This document shows positions 57,317-64,000 of a stretch of 64,000 nt of DNA, piece after piece. The position numbers and the translations under genes were made by a program. The stretch's first letter is position 1, and every line of letters begins with the position of its first letter. The DNA is from Chrysomallon squamiferum (taxonomy: Eukaryota; Animalia; Mollusca): positions 28,272,001 through 28,336,000 of the forward strand of contig CM022679.1 in assembly GCA_012295275.1 (NCBI GenBank). Direction: 5' to 3'. The notes under the pieces are model-generated. The model ran no database searches. It was not told where the DNA came from and saw nothing but the letters and a program-made list of their open reading frames with translations.

Positions 57317-57849
57317 ACTGCTGTTAAATACTTTTGACTTTGTTGTGTTTAATACAATTAATTTAATTACAAAGACATAGGTTATTCATCATGAATATCT
57401 TGTGCATGTATGCACACTTAAACATTTAAAATTTTACACAGAATTGTTTCTTCCAACCTTGTTCAAGAATTCCAATCAAACATTTTTTTTCAGTGGAGGA
57501 AATTGTACTTATAATGTTTTTTTTCTTTTCCCCTTTTTATTATTTGTTGCCTTCCCAAAAAACATTACATAATAATAATAAAAACAAAACGAAAAACAAA
57601 TATTATTTTAAAATTCAGTCTACACTTTACATCAGAATGTCTAGTGTTCCAAACAAACATATCTCAAAAGAATATGTACATCTCAGTGCATCCTATTAAG
57701 TACAATACATAAGTCTCATTTTTGTTACTTCTCTTTTTTCCCACCTTTTTTTTTTTTTTAACAGATTTAACTCAAATATTCAAAAAAAATATATATATTT
57801 TTCTTTTTAGCACAAATATTTTTCATTATATATACAAATTATTATACAA

Positions 57850-58300
57850 AAATATTCTAAAAATTAAAAAAAATTTCAGTAGAGGATTTAAGTATTCTAT
57901 ACATATAAACATTTTCAATCCATTATAGTTAAATATTCTATACAAATAAACATTTTTCAGTAGAGTATATTGAAATATTTAGAAAATAAACATTTTCAAT
58001 AAAGCATTAAGTTTTCTGTACAAATAAACATTTTCAAAAGAGCATTTAAGTATTTCACATAAATATTTTCAATTCAGCATATTTACTTAAATATTCTATA
58101 AAATAAATATTTTTCTATACATTATTTAGGTATTCTCTACACATGACATTTTCATATGCAGTAAAATAAACATTTCCAATAGAGTATTTAAATATTCTTT
58201 AAGATAAAATATGCAAACCATATATTCAACAGAGCATAGATAATACATATATATATATACTTGCAATAGAGCAAGTTTTATTATTCTTCAGAGATAAATG
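57850..58300. repeat. Degenerate ~38-40 bp AT-rich minisatellite
   Basis: Recurrent TTTAAGTATTCTATACAAATAAACATTTTCAATAGAGCA-like units, roughly 10 diverged copies. Confidence 0.7.
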
Positions 58301-60055
58301 TTTTTCATCAAAACTGAATTCTTTTACATGTTTTATGGCAGAGTTTTAGAAGTCTATAAAGATTTACATTTTTCATTTTAATATTTAAGCATTTTTTCCC
58401 CACATTTTACTTCATATCATGTTTTCACATTCTTTTAGATGGTAAAATTTCAAAATTCACACCAGTTGGCATATTGTAATTATACACTGCAGTGAAATTA
58501 ATTTTAAAAACACAAATTTTCTAAGTATTAGCAAAGAATTCCCTTCCATAAATTAACACTACACACTCAAAGTAACACACACATACATCATTGTAGATAT
58601 ATAGATATATATATATGCCAATGACTGGAAAAAGAACCTCGAGGCAATAACTGTTAAACATCTTTTACACGACACTCACAAATACACATACATACACATA
58701 TATGCACATACACACACATGCCACACTGACAGACAGTCATGTTCTATTATTTATGTATTAAAAAGAAAACGAGAAATCAATTCATTTTTTTTATTCCATT
58801 ATTAATTGCGAATGAATAGTACATGTCAATGAATATTGCATACACAAATGTGTGACTAAATTCTCAGTTTCAGTTTCTAAATAATTTGCTCAACAATAAG
58901 GAATAAATATGTTTCACTTACATAATTAAGAATACTGTGACAGTGTACACTGATTAAAATTAAAAGTTCTGATTGTAAATGATCCTACAGTGTTTATAAT
59001 ATTTTCAGTAAAAATCTTTAACAAAATAAATAATTGTGAATTAGCTAATAGTAAACCTATAGTGATTTATTTGAAATATGTAAGAATCAGTACTCTGCAG
59101 GTACAGATCAAACTAATGTGACTCTCAGTGTTTCTGAGATGTCTGTATTCAAACACTTGGTACAAAGGTGAAAGAAATCTGCTCACTATATGTAAATAAT
59201 TGCTGCAACTCTCTACAATCACAGCTGTGATCTTTACAGCAGAAACACTGCATGTCCAGTAGATGTTATTTATAATAAATTATTGAATCATGGTTCAGTG
59301 AGGTAACAATATATGTTGAGATCTATTTTCTCTAAAATTTAATTTCACTCATTCTTATGTGTGTGTTTAGATGTGTGCATATAGACAAACGCACACAAAC
59401 ACACACACATTCATTCATTCATAAGTACATAGACAGACAGATACACATCCAAACATACATATGTATATACATATTTTATTTGCTTTTTGCTCTTCATTTT
59501 TAAAATGTCATTTATTGGAAACAACAATACACAAATTTATTAATTAATTTATTAATGTTTGTTTTTTTGGTGTGTTTTTTTTTGCATGTTGAAAAAAATA
59601 TTTAATATTTTACTAAATTTCACAAAACTGTCACTGACAGCATTTAATGACACCAGCTTCTGAAAGACTTTCACAAAAGTTAAAATACTGAAAACATTTT
59701 GCTTCCTTCAGAGATATACTTAGAAAATGAAATTAAACATCAACATATTTATTTTCATACTTATATAACTTAACCCCCCCACAAACTTTTAGTCATCATT
59801 CCAGTACAAATGATAAAATTCATTCAACATCACAATTATAAATAATATCTTTATGTATGTGTGTGTGTCTGTCTTTACAAGTTAATTCTAAAACCGACAC
59901 ATTTAAAACAATTATAATTTAAAATCGCATAAGCTGGCCCAAACTGTTCAAACCTTTACCACAAGCTCTAATTATTTAAATTTTAATATCATTTTTTATA
60001 TATTATGTTTGTTGTTGTTGTTGATATATTTTGATCACAGAGATAACAAAATCAT

Positions 60056-60298
60056 TAGTGGCAGACCTCAATTTTTGGGTTTCCAGGTGCCTCTGCAAGA
60101 AGCAGTGAGGTCTGGGAACCATGTTACATCTGTCACTGGGCTTGTTCCACAACAGACCATCTAAGTGTTTAAAAAGTTTAACTCATACATTTCAACAAAA
60201 ATTTTGAAGCAATGTGGGATAAAATTGCTTCTGGGGTCTCTCTTGCATTAGGGACCCTGAAGTTAAGTTTCAGTAATTTCATAATAGATCTGCCCTTG
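60056..60298. mobile_element. Non-autonomous hAT-type MITE, ~243 bp
   Basis: Imperfect TIRs TAGTGGCAGACCT ... AGATCTGCCCTTG. 8-bp target-site duplication aaaatcat (60048-60055) / aacatcat (60299-60306), 7/8 match. GC-richer than the flanks. Confidence 0.7.
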
Positions 60299-61231
60299 AA
60301 CATCATTCTGTACCTTGATTTATAAAATATTTATTTCCAGACTAAAGATATAGAAAGTTATATTTTGTCGATATCCGAGAACTACCTGCTCACCATTTGT
60401 TTTTCTGTACAAAAATTGTCACAATTAAATAGAAAAGGTGAGATTCTGTACTTTCTTGTTATTAAGATTGGAAGAACACAGGATGTATTTCAGTCATTTT
60501 TGTTCAAAACACTTTAATACAGAATTTCTTTCAGAGGACAGTGAAATGTCAGATTTGATTAATCAGATAACCATGGCATATTTTACAATAACTGTATTAC
60601 AAAATATAAAATAATCAACTGTGTGTGTGTGAGTGGATAGTTTAATGATAAAAGTTAACTTCACACTAAATAACAATGTATAAAGAAATTATTGCATTTT
60701 GATTCCATTGCTCGGAACTTCAAAAGGAAGCTGTAAATATTTTATGAGGATCCAACTGTCCCCAACAATCAGAAATAACTCTTAAAACAGGAAGTATATT
60801 AACATTGTTAGAAGTTAGGCTGGTGGAAATTTCCCCCAAGTAAATAAACAGCTCAATTTTAAAAGACAAATGACATACACACACAACAAGTGAACAGTTA
60901 AAATTCAGTATTTTATGAACACGTGAGTTTTATTATAATACAGGTGAGAAAGGCATTCTTATATGAGGTAAAATAAAGGCTGAAAAAAGAAAACCATCAA
61001 ATAATGTAGTAAATTTCAACAAGGTGGATACATTTAAGAAAAATAATTAAAAACAGACACAGTTAGAAGAACTGACATAAAAGTAAGTTAGTATTTTAAC
61101 CATTTGGGCCTGTCAGTCAGTAGCTGAGTGTGATGCTAGCTATGTCATAACAACTTTAAATAAACAGCCATCTTCAAAAATAAAATAAAAAATCAACAAT
61201 TCTGATAAGGTACATACACTGACTAAATACT

Positions 61232-61244
61232 AGTAGTAGTAGTA

Positions 61245-61280
<36 letters not shown>
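61232..61280. repeat. (TAG)n/(AAT)n compound microsatellite
   Basis: agtagtagtagt followed by aataataat... run. Confidence 0.85.
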
Positions 61281-61281
<1 letters not shown>

Positions 61282-63511
61282 GGAGGAGGAATTAGTAAAA
61301 TTGTTTTGTGGTAATAACTCAGTGGTATAACAGTAAATCATATTTGTAGGTTAACATTTTCACATGGACAGAACCTGATAATCATTGTAATTCATTGGTG
61401 CATCAGAAACGTTTTAAAATATTTCACTTCTCCAAAATCATCTAAAAATAATTTTACTTCTTCTACAGTACAACACTGTATGTTATATATATCCTTTATA
61501 GGGGTGAGTTGGTGTGGTGGGGTATTCATCTGCATATTCAGAATTTGTGTAATTTAATCACACACTGATGTAATTATATCGAGTAACAACTTCTCAGTGG
61601 TTTGTAAACAGATAGTGCCTCAGTGAACTGCATGGAAATGTTCAAGTAGAAATCATTTGTCACCACTGACACCTAGGTACACAGTTCTGTGTCGTGTCAG
61701 TGATGTGTTAGCTATGCTGTTTTACAACACACTGCTATACTAGAAGACATTTCATGTTGATATTCGTTGCATGGATTATATGTACATTTTAACAGAAATC
61801 AACAAACACACATGAAATATAAAGAAAAGAAATGATGAATCATGAATTAAAACTGGAAGTTGCAGTTTGGAAGACTGCCTAACTATGAACCCATGTTTGA
61901 GACATCTTGACATCACTGCATTTAGCTCAGTATCAGTCTACATAGCTGACACAAATGTATGGAGTTCATGCAGATCTACACTCCTGATGTCAATCTACAG
62001 TGTTGATGAAGTTCAGTGAAAAAGCTGTTTTTCAGTGGATCTCTCCTCCTGAGTATCCACTGCTTTACTTTTTAATGTTTGAACAGGTACACCAAACACT
62101 GTGGTATGTACTGTCCTGTATAAGGGACACTCTAAACCTTTTCTGTGATTTGGTAAGAGTAGCATCCAGAGTGCTCCTTTCTCTCAACAAAAGAAGTACA
62201 AAGATGTTATCAAACATGCGTTTCATACTTTAATCTATTCACATACCAAGCTTCTGTTTCCTATCAGCTATTATTACATACACTGAGATACAGGACATGG
62301 TTAAAAAGTATTAATATACTGGAAGTGAGATCTACTATTTTGTTTTGTAAAGTGTTTAAATGGTCAAAACATACAAAGTGCTAAGTTTTAACAGTAAATG
62401 TACATTCAGTGTGAAGATACAAAGATACACATTAGTGTCGTGTTCAAAAGTAAAAATCTAGAAAAAATAAACCTTTTATTTCAGTGTTAACAGTTTATAT
62501 GAATGCTAAGAAGACGAGAACAAAATTATTTTACAACTGATATGTATAAACAAAGACAGAAAAACCGAAAAAAAACCAAGAATTTTTTAAAATTTAAAAA
62601 TGAACTTGTCATACTGTGATAGGATAGTTCTAAATATCGAATGAGAAAAAATAAAACAAAAAACCAGGAACTAAATAAAATAGCAAATGTATTGCCTCAT
62701 AATGTTAGTGTAGGACATTAAATACATAAAATAACATAAAATCAATATTAAACTGAGTTTCATAATACATGACAAAGACAGAAGTTATATACATTAATTA
62801 AAATTGTGTAATGTATATGTACGTATGAGTGTGTGTGTGTGTGTGAGGTGATATATACAGACAAAAAAAGAGAGAAGCTATAAAGTATATACATATATAT
62901 ATCAATATAAATGTAATGCTTAATAAAAATTTTAAAAAAAGAATAAGTATAAATTTGATATTAATTATTAAAAACAATAATCAGTACTTGTTTAGTTTAC
63001 CTAAATGTTAGCCTAACCTTACCCTATCAATGCATTATACATGAAGTATCAAACAATGAAAAAGAGACAAAAACCAACAAACCTTGTAAAACTGTAACAA
63101 TTGGTGAATTTAAGTAGAAAAAAAACATTAAACCCTGAATTGTTTCAAATGATTCATGTAATTTGGAAAATTGTGGTTTAACAAAATGAGAAACCTATAG
63201 TGTAAAAAAAAAGAGAAAAAAAAGAGATAATAATAATAAAAAATTAATAACCACACTCACGAAGAAAGGTCTAAAATGGAATAAATTCACACGTTACTTT
63301 CAGTTAATAATAATAATAATAAAAAAAAAAAAAAAAAAAATAAATTAAATAAAAAAAATGATATATCTAAATCATTATTAATAGAACAATCATAAATTGG
63401 TTTTGAACTCATAAATTGGGAATAAACAAAAAAAAGAAAAAATCCAAGAGAAGGAAATTATTGGTAATATTTTGATATGCATGTTGTGAAGGAATGGATA
63501 AACTGAGTTTT

Positions 63512-64000
63512 CTGTCTGTAGTGCATGTTAAACTGACAACTGTCTGTAGTGTGTAAAACTGAAACATGTCTATAGTGTTAAACTGTCAATTGTCTGTACT
63601 GACAACTGTCTGTAGTGTGTAAAACTGAAACATGTCTATAATGTGTTAAACTGACAACTGTCTGTAGTGTTAAACTGACAACTGTAGTGTGTAAAACTGA
63701 AACATGTCTGTGTTAAACTGACAATTGTCTGTAGTGTGTAAAACTGAAACATGTCTATAAGGTGTTAAACTGACAAGTGTCTGTAGTGTGTAAAACTGAA
63801 ACGTCTATAGTGTTAAACTGTCAATTGTCTGTAGTGTTAAACTGTCAATTGTCTGTAGTGTTAAACTGACAATTGTCTGTAGTGTGTAAAACTGAAACAT
63901 GTCTATGTGTTGAACTGACAACTGTCTGTAGTGTGTGTAAAACTGAAACATGTCTATAATGTGTTAAACTGACAATTGTCTGTAGTGTTAAACTGACAAC
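63512..64000. repeat. Satellite/minisatellite of related 24- and 26-bp monomers, running off the window end
   Basis: Monomers TGTCTGTAGTGTGTAAAACTGAAACA and TGTCT(A/G)TAGTGTTAAACTG(A/T)CAA(C/T) in irregular alternation. Confidence 0.9.

Noticed and set aside
62000-62233. 77-aa ORF and other short ORFs after 57 kb
   Set aside because: No homology motifs, non-ATG starts, and no convincing exon structure.

Overview
AT-rich, intron-containing animal (invertebrate-like) genomic DNA. Bases 1-56.5 kb hold two head-to-tail, plus-strand paralogs of the axonemal outer-arm dynein beta heavy chain (DNAH9/11/17 family). Copy A is 5'-truncated by the window (exons 10-51, stop at 25023). Copy B is complete (51 exons, 26277-56536, about 4,464 aa after correcting one frameshift). 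Intron positions are identical in the two copies and most introns no longer align, but a few introns are near-identical or identical. This indicates an old duplication with patchy, repeated gene conversion, which leaves islands of protein divergence such as the microtubule-binding domain (MTBD) and the AAA3/AAA4 junction. Copy B carries a 36-bp tandem array that multiplies the exon-42 splice acceptor six times in frame at the start of the MTBD. It also has a +2 A frameshift in AAA4, a GC-AG intron and an RFX X-box-like promoter. Two short DNA-transposon MITEs (Tigger-like and hAT-like), microsatellites and two minisatellite/satellite arrays are present. The last 7.5 kb has no recognisable coding sequence. 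All alignments were done by eye.
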